Of a stretch of 64,000 nt of DNA, positions 1-11,410 are shown one piece after another. Numbering within the stretch: the stretch's first letter is position 1; every line of letters starts with the position of its first letter. The notes below the pieces were generated by a model. The model had not been told where the DNA came from, ran no database searches, and worked only from the letters and a program-made list of their open reading frames with translations. Source of the stretch: Vicugna vicugna (Eukaryota). A program made the translations under genes and the position numbers. The DNA lies in NCBI GenBank assembly GCA_013265495.1, contig MU058658.1, positions 62,001-126,000 of the forward strand, read 5' to 3'.

Positions 1-19
1 TGTAGAAAGCCATCCATAA

Positions 20-405
20 ACAATTGGAAAGTGAACAGTTTAAAATAACAATTACGTTAAGATCCAGAGACATGCAATACCTAGTGTAAATCTAACAGGA
101 GACGCAAAAGAACTTTACCCTAAAAGATCACAAGACGTTACTAAGAGAGATTGAATAAGACCAAAATAAACGGAGAGATATATGATATTCATAGATTACA
201 AGGCTTGGTGATTTGGGATGGCTGTTTCCCGAAAGTGGGTCTTACAGTCCGAGTGCCATTTTTTTGGTGAGAATTGACACATTAGTTCTAAAGTTTATAT
301 GGAACGACAGAGGATCTAGAATTGGCAACAACAACAAAAATCCTTGATAAAAACCGAAAAACAACCAAGTTGAGGGGTTTATGCTATCTGATTTCAAGAC
401 CTCAT
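20..405 (+). mobile_element. Old L1 ORF2 fragment
   Basis: Degenerate match to the ORF2 region GINLTKDVKDLY..KTLLKEIKEDLNKWRDI..GLTLPDFK. Confidence 0.65.
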
Positions 406-1244
406 GAATACATTCACAAAATAGGAAACTCAGATGATGTCAAAGGATGATTATTGCAAAGTTCCCTCCCATCCTCCATCCCCCAACTACCGAGTCCCCT
501 TCTTCTGAAGTAACCAAGGTTACCAGATATTTTGGTGCTATGTATGCAAAACAAGTACATTTTCTATTTTTTCCCATGTTAACCCAAAACATGATGCTCT
601 GTCAAGCTTTGTGTTTTACTTTTGTCCCCCTCACAATGCTGTATCTTAGTAATTTGTGTACTGCAATACACAGAGGGGTGCTTCATCCTTTTCATGGCTG
701 TATAGTATTCCATAGTCTGATATACAACAATTTTTTTAAATGTGGGTGGACACTCAGGGTGTGTCCATTCTCTGATTTCACATTCTGCTTGTTGGTGACC
801 ATCTAGAGCTGGGCAAAGCAGTGCAGACAGAGACTAGCCTCAGGCTTCCAGGTCTTGGTGCCCCTGGACAGTGAAGACACCCCTACACTCTGGGCATTTG
901 AAAACATCTGCCTGGGTGGTCTTCAGAATCCCTAAATGTGTCGGGATCACTGCTTCCTGGTTACTGTACATCCCCAAACTCTCTCTGAGGATGTGTGAAG
1001 CTCCTCGCCTCTCTTCCAAGATAACACGATCAGCTCAGGGCTATGACATTTTATTTATTTATATTATTTCTCAAATTTATTTTAGCTTTAAATTTTTTAT
1101 GGAAAAGGCATGTGACTTCAAATTGCTATGGGGTACACGTGGAACTAACATAGTGTTGTAGGTCAGTTATACTTAATAAAGAAAAAAGAAAGGCATATGA
1201 ATATCTTGGAATTTTCTCTTAGTAAACAATTAAGAATACATATT

Positions 1245-1388
1245 GGGGGAGGCTATAGCTCAGTGGTAGAGCACATGCTTAACATGCACAAGGTCCTGGG
1301 TTCAATCCCCAGTACTTCCACTAACAAAACAATAAAATGAAATGAAATGAAATAAAATAAAATAAAGCAAGTAAACAACAAAAGACAA
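1245..1388 (+). mobile_element. tRNA-derived SINE (Vic-1-like)
   Basis: A box TAGCTCAGTGG, B box GGTTCAATCCC, A-rich tail, TSD AAGAA(T/A)ACATATT. Confidence 0.88.
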
Positions 1389-1669
1389 AAGAAAACATAT
1401 TGTTTAAAAAATACAAATAATCATTTAGTTTCTAAACTATCCATCAAGCATTCTTTTATAATATCAAAATAATGGGAACAACCTAAATGTACAATAATAG
1501 GGGATGCGTGAGTGATACTAAGCAAACCTCCAAAAAGGAATTCAACGCGTCCATTCAAATGCAGAAGATGTTATGGAAAGACGTTCATAGTTTACAGAAG
1601 AGTATACACGCAGTAGGATCCCTTTTTAAAATTTTTATCGAAGTTTAGTTGATTTACAATATTGTGTTA

Positions 1670-2465
1670 CAAACAATAAATGCTGGAGAGGGTGTAGAGA
1701 AAAGAGACCCCTCCTACACTGTTGGTGGGAATATAGTTTGGTGCAGCCATTATGGAAAACAGTATGGAGACTCCTTAAAATACTAAAAATAGACTTAACC
1801 ATATGATCCAGCAACCCCACTCCTGGGCATCTATCCAGAGGGAACTCTAATTCGAAAAGACACCTGCACCCCAATGTTCATAACAGCATTATTCACAATA
1901 GTCAAGACGTGGAAGCAACGTAAATGCCCATCAACAGGTGACTGGATAAAGAAGTTGTGGTGTATTTATACAATGAAATACTGCTCAGCCATAAAAATGA
2001 ATAAAATAAAGTCATTTGCAGCAGCATGGATGGACCTGGAGATTGTCATACTAAGTGAAGTAAGCCGGAAAGAGAAAGACAAATACTATATGATACCACT
2101 CATACGTGAAATCTAAAAAGAATAAAAATAAAAAGACAAATGAACTTATTTACAAAACAGAAACAGATTCACAGACATAAGAGAACAAATTTATGTTTCC
2201 CAGTAGGGGAAAGGGGGTGGGAGCTCGAGATTTGCAGGTACACACTACTATATATAAAACAGATAAACAACATATTTCTACTGTACAGCACAGGGAACTA
2301 TATTCAATATCTTGCAGTAACCTATAGTGAAAAAGAATATGAAAGCGAATACACGTATGTATATGTACGACTGAAGCATGATGCTGTGCACCAGAAATTG
2401 ATACAACTTTGTAAACTGACTATACTTCAATCAAAACAAAACAAAACAAAACAAAACCAAAAAAA
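1670..2465 (+). mobile_element. L1 3' end (ORF2 C-terminus + 3'UTR + A-tail), nested in a minus-strand L1 tail
   Basis: [22 protein letters not shown]-rich tail; 14-bp TSD at 1656-1669 / 2466-2479. Confidence 0.9.
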
Positions 2466-4737
2466 ACCATGTTGTGTTAGTTTCTGGTGTACGGCTTAGT
2501 GGTCCAGTTACACACACACATGTTCTTTTTCATGTTCTTTTTCATTATAGGTTATTACAAGACGTTGAATGCAGCTCCCTGGGCTCTGCAGCAGGACCGT
2601 GTTGTTTATCTAAGGGCTGTGACATTTTAGATCCATAATGTAGCCTACGTTACCCTGCTTCTGAGCTGTTCTGAAAAATAAATGAGAGCTTATTCAGTGT
2701 GCTGAGAGGAAAATATAATATTCGGTAAAGCAGACGCTGAAAGCCGTGTGTACTGTTCTCATCAACCTCTTTCCCGGGTTACGGAGGCGGCACGAATTTT
2801 CCATCCCGGTAATAGCTGTTTTAACTGCGCCATTCCGGGCTAAGAGGCTGACATTTAAACGATAAATGTCATGTCTCAAAACCCAGCACAAAAAGACATT
2901 TCTACAGAACGGCTAAGAGCCCTTTTCACTTGCAAATTTCCAACCTGAGCCGATCTCAGCGTGTTTGCATTATTCATACAATTTGGAAAATGACTCACCG
3001 TTCCTGAGTCGTGATTCTCTGCAGGGCGCGGGCTCTCTCCGTCTTTGAAACAAGACAAATGTTCACCTTTTTTTTTCCTTTCGGGTGTCATGGGATGATC
3101 TTTTCTTACAGCAAGTGATTGCTCACACATTTTTAAAAGTTTCCATAATGTTTTTCACTGTGAGACATAAAATACAGGGGGAAAAAAGTGCATTTAGCTC
3201 ATTTGTAAAGGTTAACCCATAAGCATAACTGTTTCCCAGGGTAAGAAAGGACCCCGATCTCCAGGAGCCCCCCCACCCCAGCCCCTCCTGCAGAGAGATC
3301 TAGCATCACGCCTTTTACAGTAATAATTGCTTTGCTGTTCCTTATAGAGTCCCCGCCTGGGTGAGCCATTGTTGACTTGTTTGCAAAATAGTAATTTTTT
3401 TATTTGTTAAAATTTTGGTAATCCTTGTTTTGTTTTCTTTCTTTCTCTCCCCTCCCCTCCGCCACTCCCCACATCTCCCCCTTTCCCCTCATTTATGGCA
3501 AATGAAGCTGTGTTTTGTTCCCTCTGTGCTTGTGAGGATTCGAATTTCTTGCTCTACGTCCCTCTTTTTAAAAAAACTTAATTGCAGTTCCACATAGAAG
3601 CCATATCATATGGCATTTCTCTTTCTCTTTCTGGCTTACTTCCAGAATGAACGTATCTACAAAACAGAAACAGATTCACAGGCTTAGAGAACAAACTTAC
3701 GGTGACCAGGGGGTAAAGGGGGTGGGAAGGGATAAATTGGGAGTTCGAAAATTGGACCCCTTGGGGAGTGAGGGAAATGTTTGCTATCTGGATTGTGGTG
3801 GTGGTTTCATGGGTGTAGACATCTATCAAAATTCATCAAAGTGTACATCTGGAATATGTGCAGTTTACTGTACAGGAGCCATACCACAATAAAAGTGCTT
3901 AAAAAATTAATTGCGGCAAAGTACGCAGAACGGAAAACTTGCTCTCACCCATTTTTTAAGGGCTCTGTTCAGTGGCGCTGAGCACAGTCAGGTTGCTGTG
4001 CAAGCATCCCCACCATCCATCTCCAGAACTTTCTCGGCTTCCTCAGCGGAAACTTAGGCCCCATGAAATAATTCTCCCCCGACCCGCCAGCCCTTGGCCG
4101 TCGTCACCCCCCTTGCTGTTTCTGGGAGCTTCACTCTTCTAGGGACCCCATAAACGCAGAGTCACGCCGTGCTCTCCTCTCTGTGACTGGCTTATTTCAC
4201 CGAGCACCGTGTCCTCAAGGCTCATCTATGAGGTAGCCTGTGTCAGAGCTTCCTGCCTTTTTAAGGTGACTAATGTTCCACTGTGTGTGTGGTGTGTGGC
4301 GTGTGTGTGTGCACGTTGTGTCTGTCCGTTCATCCGTGGACGGGCACTGGACGCCTTCCCCCTTCTGGCTACCGCGCAGCCCTGAGGGGCCGCTGAGGGC
4401 GGAGAGCCCCGTGAGGCACTGAGCAGCACCTGCACAGCGGGTGAAGGAGTGAGGGGAGAGGAGTCGGGGGTCGTGCCCCAGGCACGTGTGCAGCTGCCAC
4501 AACGCTGTGCGTTCTGAGCCTACAGAGGCCAGGCACGCTCGGGTTTTATCCTTCGGTAAAGCTTTTCTCCAAGGACACGATTTAATGTGCGTGAGACGCT
4601 GTCCTGAACCACCGAGTGAAGTCTCAAGTCCGTGCCTCCTCCCTGCACCCCAAGCCAGGCTCATTTTGGGGTCCCTTATTCCGGTGCTCAGAGTCCAGGA
4701 CTCTCACCGTGGTGGGTGATGGAGACAGAATCAGGCT

Positions 4738-4751
4738 GTTGCCATGGAAAC
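4738..4751. promoter_or_regulatory. RFX X-box
   Basis: GTTGCCATGGAAAC, near-palindromic consensus. Confidence 0.55.
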
Positions 4752-5411
4752 CAGCACGCTAGTGAGCTGATGCATGAGCTCCCATAAAAGCCAGGTCTGA
4801 AATACAATGCACAAAAATGCTATTACTTGTTGTAAAAAAGAAAAAAAAAGAATTGTGGTTAGAAATAAACAGACACACACTCACTCAAAGAATAGCTCTG
4901 GAAGGACACACAAGAAAATGGTTAATGGAGGGGGGCTTTGGAAGACAGAAAGAAAGAGAAAGGAAAAGTGAGCCGATGTGGTTTTACTTTAACCTTTCCC
5001 TCCTGCTGTGCAAATGATCACCTTTCCTAAAGATTAAAAATGACCCAAGAAAGCAAAGCCAGACAATTTTAGCCACTGATACAAAGCTGAGTCCAGTCTT
5101 TCAGCTTACACCAAAATTATTTGAATTAAAGACACATGCTATAATGACTTTAAAAAAACAAAGAAACAACAACTCAATGAAGAGTCAATTCTTGGGGGGA
5201 AACAGACCAAGGAGCAACTTGAAGGAGCGAACCTAATCCAAGTATCCAGTGGTCAGCCACACTGAAAACAAATAATGAGGTGCCTTAATATATAAAGGGC
5301 TCTGAAAAATCAATAAAGAAGAAAGTAACTATCTCAAGAAAAAAGTGAACTATGGCAAATCACAAGTGGATTATAAGAGAAATGCAGAAAGGAGAATTAA
5401 AGCATCACACA

Positions 5412-5818
5412 CTCTGGACTGAATGTCAGTATTTCCCCAGAGTTCACACGCTGGCGTTCTAACCCACTGTGGACCGTATTTGGAGGTGGAGCCATTGGCG
5501 ATAATTAGGTTTAGATGAAGTCATGAGGCTGGGATCCCCTCCCACGATGAGATTGGTGCCCTTATAAGAAGAAACAACAGAAAGCTTCTCTTTCTCTCTC
5601 TCTTTCTTTTTTTTTTTTTCTCTCTTTCTCTCTCCCTCCCTCCACCACATGAGAAGGCAGCTCCCATATGCAAACCAGGAAGAGCGCTCCCACCAGACAC
5701 CGAATCTGCCTGCACCTTGGTCTTGGATGTCCAGCCTCCAGACTGTGAATGACGCGTGTCTTGTTCAAGTCACTCCGTCTGTGGTAGTTTGTTACAGCAG
5801 CCCTGAACTGCCTGAGAC
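5412..5818 (+). mobile_element. MaLR MLT1 LTR
   Basis: GGACTGAATG..GTATTTGGAGGTGG..CCAGCCTCCAGACTGTGA..TGTTACAGCAGCC. Confidence 0.78.
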
Positions 5819-6042
5819 ACGAGGATCCAAGAAAACTGGGTGCTGGTATGCGTCCACAGAGGGGCCACTGAAGCAGCCGCCCAGAGCGGGAATTTCACAA
5901 TGCAGATCAGCCCCGCCCAATAGGAAACAAGTGCATGGGGCGAGCCAGCATCTCTCCTCGGGAAGTAACCGGCACACACAGGCGTCTGTGCAAAGACATT
6001 CATTGTGTCACTACCAAAACGGAAAGAAAATTAGAAACAACT

Positions 6043-6462
6043 CTGTGGTCAGCAAAATAACAGCCCCCAAAGGTGCCCACATCCTGATCCCTGAAACCTG
6101 CAAATATGGCACCTCATGTGGGTGAAGGGGACTCTTGCTGGTGTGATTGAGTCAAGGGTTTTGAGCTGGTGAGGGTTACCCTGGATTACCAGCGTGGAGC
6201 TCAAGGTAATACTGTGTCCTCATAAGTCAAACAGCAGAGGCAGGAGCCAAGGATGCCGGCGCCTCTAGAAGGTGGAAAAGACGAGGAAACGAATCCCCCG
6301 AGAGCCCCCAGAAGAGAGCTCAGCCCCGCCTGGTGTCACCTTGATTTTAGTCTAGTGAGACCCATTTTGGACTTCTGACTAGGATCCTGAAATCATAAAT
6401 CTGTTTTTTTAAAGCCACTGAGTTTGTGATAATTTTTTACAGCAGCTGTAAGACACTCATAC
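6043..6462 (+). mobile_element. MaLR MLT1D-like LTR
   Basis: TGTGGTCAGCAAAATAACAGCCCCCAAAGGTGCCCACATCCTGATCCCTGAAACC..ACAGCAGC..ATACA. Confidence 0.75.
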
Positions 6463-7006
6463 AAACCAAAATACCCACAGGTGGAGGAGAGGTTCAATAG
6501 AAAAGACGGTGATGTTTTAAATTCAGGGATATTTTAGATGTGTATTTACTAATATGGAAACCAGCAGTAGCAGACCAATACAGGCAGTACAATTGTGAAA
6601 TTATGAGAACTGTTATTGAAGTACGAAGGTAATAGAAGCAGGTCTACTAATTACCATTTTTTAAGCCTCCTTAAGGGATGGGGGAGTGGACTGGCCAGGC
6701 TCAGCGCTGCCATGGAAGCCACACCCAGAAGGAGAAGGAGGGGCTGAGGAAGAGCAGAGAGAGCCCCAGTGACCCACCGACCGACCGGAGTGTTCTGGGC
6801 TCTGGGGCCAGACAGGGAAGGGGGTTTTCACAGCTGGAACTGGCTAATTGTGGGTGTGTTTGCAGAGTGAATAACAGAACACAGTGTCAGTGGTTAAGCA
6901 GCATCCTTTACTGCAGCAGCTCGAACGGGGGGATCAATCTTCTCTAGTTCGTCGAGTTGTTGCAAGAATCAGATGATGTTTATAAAGCATGTGGTGCCAT
7001 TCTGGG

Positions 7007-7020
7007 GTTTCCATGGTGAC
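7007..7020. promoter_or_regulatory. RFX X-box
   Basis: GTTTCCATGGTGAC. Confidence 0.5.
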
Positions 7021-7354
7021 AGGCAGACACACAGCAAGAGAATTACCTGTGGGGAGGGGGGGTGCGGTGGTGGTGGGCTTCGTGAAAGTGCAGATTTGTG
7101 AGGCTCATGAAGAAAAGCTCTCGGTGAGAAGACTGCACTTCCTCTCACAACGCAGCGGGAGTCTCTGAGCCTCTGCCTGTCTCTGTGTATCTATCCATCT
7201 CTCTATGTGAATATATATTATTTTTTCACTGTTTATTACTAGCTGAATTATCTTTTTTTTTTTAATTCTCCTATTAACTGTCATCTTCCACCCACTCCAG
7301 GAAAGCAGAGATATTTTCCCATCCTCTTCCTTCCTTTAGTTCACAGAAAACCAC

Positions 7355-7697
7355 TGTTACAGGTTGAAATGTGTCTCCTCCAGATTCACATACTGACATC
7401 CTAACCCCCAGTACCTCAGGATGTGACATTTTTGGAGACAGGGCTTTCAAAGGGGTGGTGACGTTAAAGAGAGGTCACTGGGATGGGTCTTAATCCAATC
7501 TGGTGTCCTTAAAAGAAGAGATTAGGACACAGACATGCGGAGAGAAGACGGCCACCTACAAGCAGAGAGGCTTCAAAAGAAGCCAAGGCCGCTGACACCT
7601 TAACCTTGAGCCTCCAGAATTATAAGAAAATAAATTTCTGTTGGCTAAGCCGCCAGTCTGTGGTACTTCGTTACAGCAGTCTTAGCAAACTAAGACA
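7355..7697 (+). mobile_element. MaLR MLT1C-like LTR
   Basis: TGTTACAGGTTGAAATGTGTC..CCTAACCCCCAGTACCTCAG..AGCAAACTAAGACA. Confidence 0.78.
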
Positions 7698-9190
7698 ATC
7701 ACCCATTAAAAAAACGCTGTGTTTAAAAAGCAAGACACCTTTTGAGAACATGTGCATATTATTGACTGGAAAACAGTTACTTAACATATTAGAACCTCTT
7801 TAACCAGAAAGAAAAAAAGCCAAAAACAAACAAGCAAACAAACAAAAAACCCAGATACCTCAAGTGCAATCTGGGCTGCGGAGACCAACAGGTGAATTCT
7901 GACAGAAACGCAAAGCTCTAAAATCCATCTCTCACTCTTGGCATTCATGAAAATCGCCTCCAGCCGTCCCCTGATAGTGTGGGCAGAGGGTCAGAAGGAA
8001 GCTCCTGGTGCTGGGGTGGGCTGGTGAAACGTGGCACCATCATTTCCTCCCTGGAGGCCACGTCCCCCTCCTCCCTGGGCTCCCCTCTGCCCCGGCAGCC
8101 CCGGGCATCCCACACTCCCCAGAGGAGCCAGAGGGACATTTTCAAGTCCTTAGTGAGACCACGCTGCTTCCCACTACCACCTGGACGTACAACATTCCAG
8201 TGGCCTCCAGTGGACCCAGAATGAACTCCAAGTCCTCACCCTGACGACACCCTGGAGGAGGAATCTGCAGCATCTACAAAATTCACACGCACACTTTCCC
8301 TCCGGCCCAGTGGCCGCGGATCAATACTTAATCTAACCCACAAACACACACGACCTTGAATCTGCGATGACTTCCCGGGTTCATCCAAAAGTCAGAGCAA
8401 ACAAAATCCGGGTGAAATAACATCTGTGCGATTAGATTGTTCCCTGCACCAGGGCGTTATCGTTTATTGTTTTTGTAGCAGAAGCACCACCAAAATTCAC
8501 GGGGGAGTCAGTCCATGAAATTACCGGGAATGCACAAATGGAACGCCCTGTGGACGTGAAGAGTGTAAAACATCTTTGTGCATTAGTGCAGGAGCATCCC
8601 CAAGACCAGGTGTTAGTGATACAAGCGAAGTGGCCAACAGTGCAGGGCCAGCCACGCTCTATGTCTGTGAAAGAGAAGCGTGAACAGAGGGATGTACACG
8701 GATGCTCACCTGTGTACAGAACAGCTCTGCAAGGAGACATGGGGACTGGCCATGAGGTTTGCCTCCAGAGGAGGGGTTGGCAAACTTATTCTCTAAAGGG
8801 CAACTACTCCACTCTGCATTGTTGGGAGATCTTCTGATTCCCTGGTCCAGAGCATGAAAACTGGAGGACCCTCATCAGTTTCCAGACCGACAGAGAAACT
8901 TACCACCCCTGTTCCCTTCCGTGCAATTCGCCAGATCCTCAAACAGTGCCTATGGGAGAGGGACTGTTTCAATCCTCAATACACAGAGCTGGAATCCACT
9001 ATTAAGAAAACTGCACAAGAAAAATAAACAAATAAAAAGGAAAAATAAAACCAAGAAAAAGAAAAAAATAGGAAAAGACCCAAAAAAGAGGAAAACAAAG
9101 AAAAGAAAATTGCACAAGAAATCAGCTGGGAAGTGGAAGAGCCAAAACACACTCCCACACCGCGTTACTCCACAGTCTAACTGCCGCCAC

Positions 9191-9640
9191 ATGTTACTGC
9201 CCCACCGTTACCCAGCCAGGGCTTCATGCTCGGCACATGAATGCAAGCCAGTACTACAGCACCAGCTCCTGAGGAAAGAAAGAGCTTCACTGAGAGGTCC
9301 CCCAACAAGGAGACAGGAGGCAGGGCTCCAATCTGCCTCCCTCTCCAGGGCTGGGGGTGAAATTTTAGGGGCTAAGGGAATTTCAAATTTGGAAGCAGAT
9401 TGGTTAGTGCCAAATCAGTCCATTAAAAAATACTCATGCGGCTGGAAGCCAGCTTTTCCTCGTGAAAGGAACTCTCACTCCCTAAAGGGCTCCAGCAGCA
9501 ACATTTCTGGTCTGCTCCGTAGACTAGAGATTCTTGGTTCCAGGGTCATCCTGAGGACGTGGGTTCCCGGTCTTGGACATGCACGGTTCTGTCTCTGTAA
9601 ATTAACTCTAGATCTCATCAATCAACAACCCATTTTTAAG
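9191..9640 (-). mobile_element. ERV-type LTR fragment
   Basis: TGTTAC start and an AACAAGGAGACAGGAGGCAGGGCTC..ATCTGCCTCCC segment typical of reverse-oriented ERV1 LTRs. Confidence 0.5.
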
Positions 9641-9799
9641 GAAACAAAACCCGTTTGAGCTGATCGATGTTTTAAGTGCTATTACATCATCCTGACAGAG
9701 ACTGTGTTTCTTCTCCCTTTTATGCAGGAGGGAACCGAAGCACAGGAAGGTTGAGTAACTTCTCCAGAAGTCACAGCCTGTTGGGAAGTCACACTCAGG

Positions 9800-10470
9800 T
9801 CTCACTTTAAAACCTATTTCTGGAGTTACCATATAACCCAGCAGTCCCACTCCTGGTCATATATCCAGAAAAGACAAAAACTCTAATTTGAAAAGATACG
9901 TGCACCCCAGTGTTCCTAGCAGCACTATTTACAATAGCCAAGACATGGAAACAACCTAAATGTCCATCGACAGATGACTGGATAAAGATGTGAGAGATAT
10001 ATATACATATATATAACAGAATACTACTCAGCCATAAAAAGAATAAAATAATGTCATTTGCAGCAACATGGATGGACCTAGAGATTATCGCACTAAGTCA
10101 GTCAGACAGAGAAAGACAAATATCATAGGATTTCACTCATATGTGAAATCAAAAAAAAAAATGATACGAATGAACTTATTTACAAAACAGGAACAGACTC
10201 AGAGGCATAGAAAACAAACTATGGTTACCAAAGAGGTAAGGGGGGAGGGATAAACCAGGAGTTTAGGATTAACAGATACACACACTACCACATATAAAAT
10301 AGACAACAAGGACCTACTGTATAGCACATGGACATTATATTCGGTATTTTGTAATAATCTATAACGAAAAAGTATATATGTGTGTGTGTATATATATAAA
10401 AAACTAAATCACTATGTTGTACACTGGAAACTAGCACAACATTGTAAATCAACTATACTTCAATTAAAAA
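9800..10470 (+). mobile_element. L1 3' end
   Basis: ORF2 C-terminal and 3'UTR sequence (GCCAAGACATGGAAACAACCTAAATGTCC..CAACTATACTTCAATTAAAAA). Confidence 0.85.
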
Positions 10471-10779
10471 TTTTTTTCCAACATTTTTATTTAACCCAAG
10501 AAATCTGAATATCACCATTTCAAAACGCATTCCACGTCACAATGATTAATACGTTACATCCTCTGATTTGTCCTGCGCTTGGAAGTCTCGTGTGTGTGTG
10601 CGTGTGTGTGTACAGCACCTCTCCATTTACAAGTTAAATTTGACCCGATACACTTGACACGTATCAAGATTTCATATGAGAGGTTTGGAGCAGCCAAGCT
10701 GTCCAAACGCACCTTGACACGTTCCCGTTTCAAGCGGAATCCAGTCTCGGTTTTCAGAACTGGGTTTACACCCGGTGCA

Positions 10780-11200
10780 GTGCATCGAGGACGAAAGCCC
10801 CGCCCTGCTGGTTGCTGAGCTGCATCTCCGGGTGCTGATGGGCCACGGGGTGAACGTCAAGGACGCTGGAGTCCCCTGTGGCTTTCGGTGATTGTGAGCC
10901 TAGAGCGGCTGTAAACCTGTGCGTTCATGTTTTCCTCGACGCGAGCCCTTTTCCGTAGATCGCACAGCCGGGAGTGGGAAAGCTGGGTCCAGCGGTGTGT
11001 GTCTGATTGGAAGTGAGAGGGCCGAGCCGTTTCCCAGTGGCTGTATCATTCCGCGTCCCGCCTGCGAAGGGGAGCGCTGCGACCGGCCCGCGTCCCCCGC
11101 CGCGCTCGGCACCACCGGCGACGCTCCCGCAGCCTCCGGGCGTGTGGTGTCCCCCGGTCCTCCCGGGGCAGCCACGCGGAACATGTTTCAAGCGCCTGTG
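10780..11200. promoter_or_regulatory. Small CpG-rich promoter/enhancer-like patch
   Basis: CpG-dense; CTGATTGGAAGTG (inverted CCAAT overlapping an ETS core) near 11003-11015. Confidence 0.5.
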
Positions 11201-11255
11201 GAACTGTGTGTCCCAAATCTCCTCTTTTTATTTTACTTTTTAAAATAAACATTGT

Positions 11256-11410
11256 GAGGGCCTGGGGGTATAGCTCAGTGGTAGAGGGCATGCCTAGCAT
11301 GCATGAGAGCCTGGGTTCAGCCCCCAGTACCTCCATCAAAACAAGCAAGCAAACAAAGGAACCTAATTACCTCCCCACCTAAAAAAAAAAAGAAAACAAA
11401 TTTAATTAAA
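11256..11410 (+). mobile_element. tRNA-derived SINE (Vic-1-like)
   Basis: GGGTATAGCTCAGTGGTAGAG..CCCCAGTACCTCC..ACCTAATTACC + A tail. Confidence 0.85.

Noticed and set aside
1245..1320. tRNA-like sequence with A and B boxes (and about 14 similar copies)
   Set aside because: Dispersed, diverged copies with A-tails and TSDs are SINEs, not tRNA genes.
8921..9658. 245-aa ORF with a Lys-rich segment
   Set aside because: GTG start; runs through a decayed poly(A) insertion and an LTR fragment; no recognisable domain.
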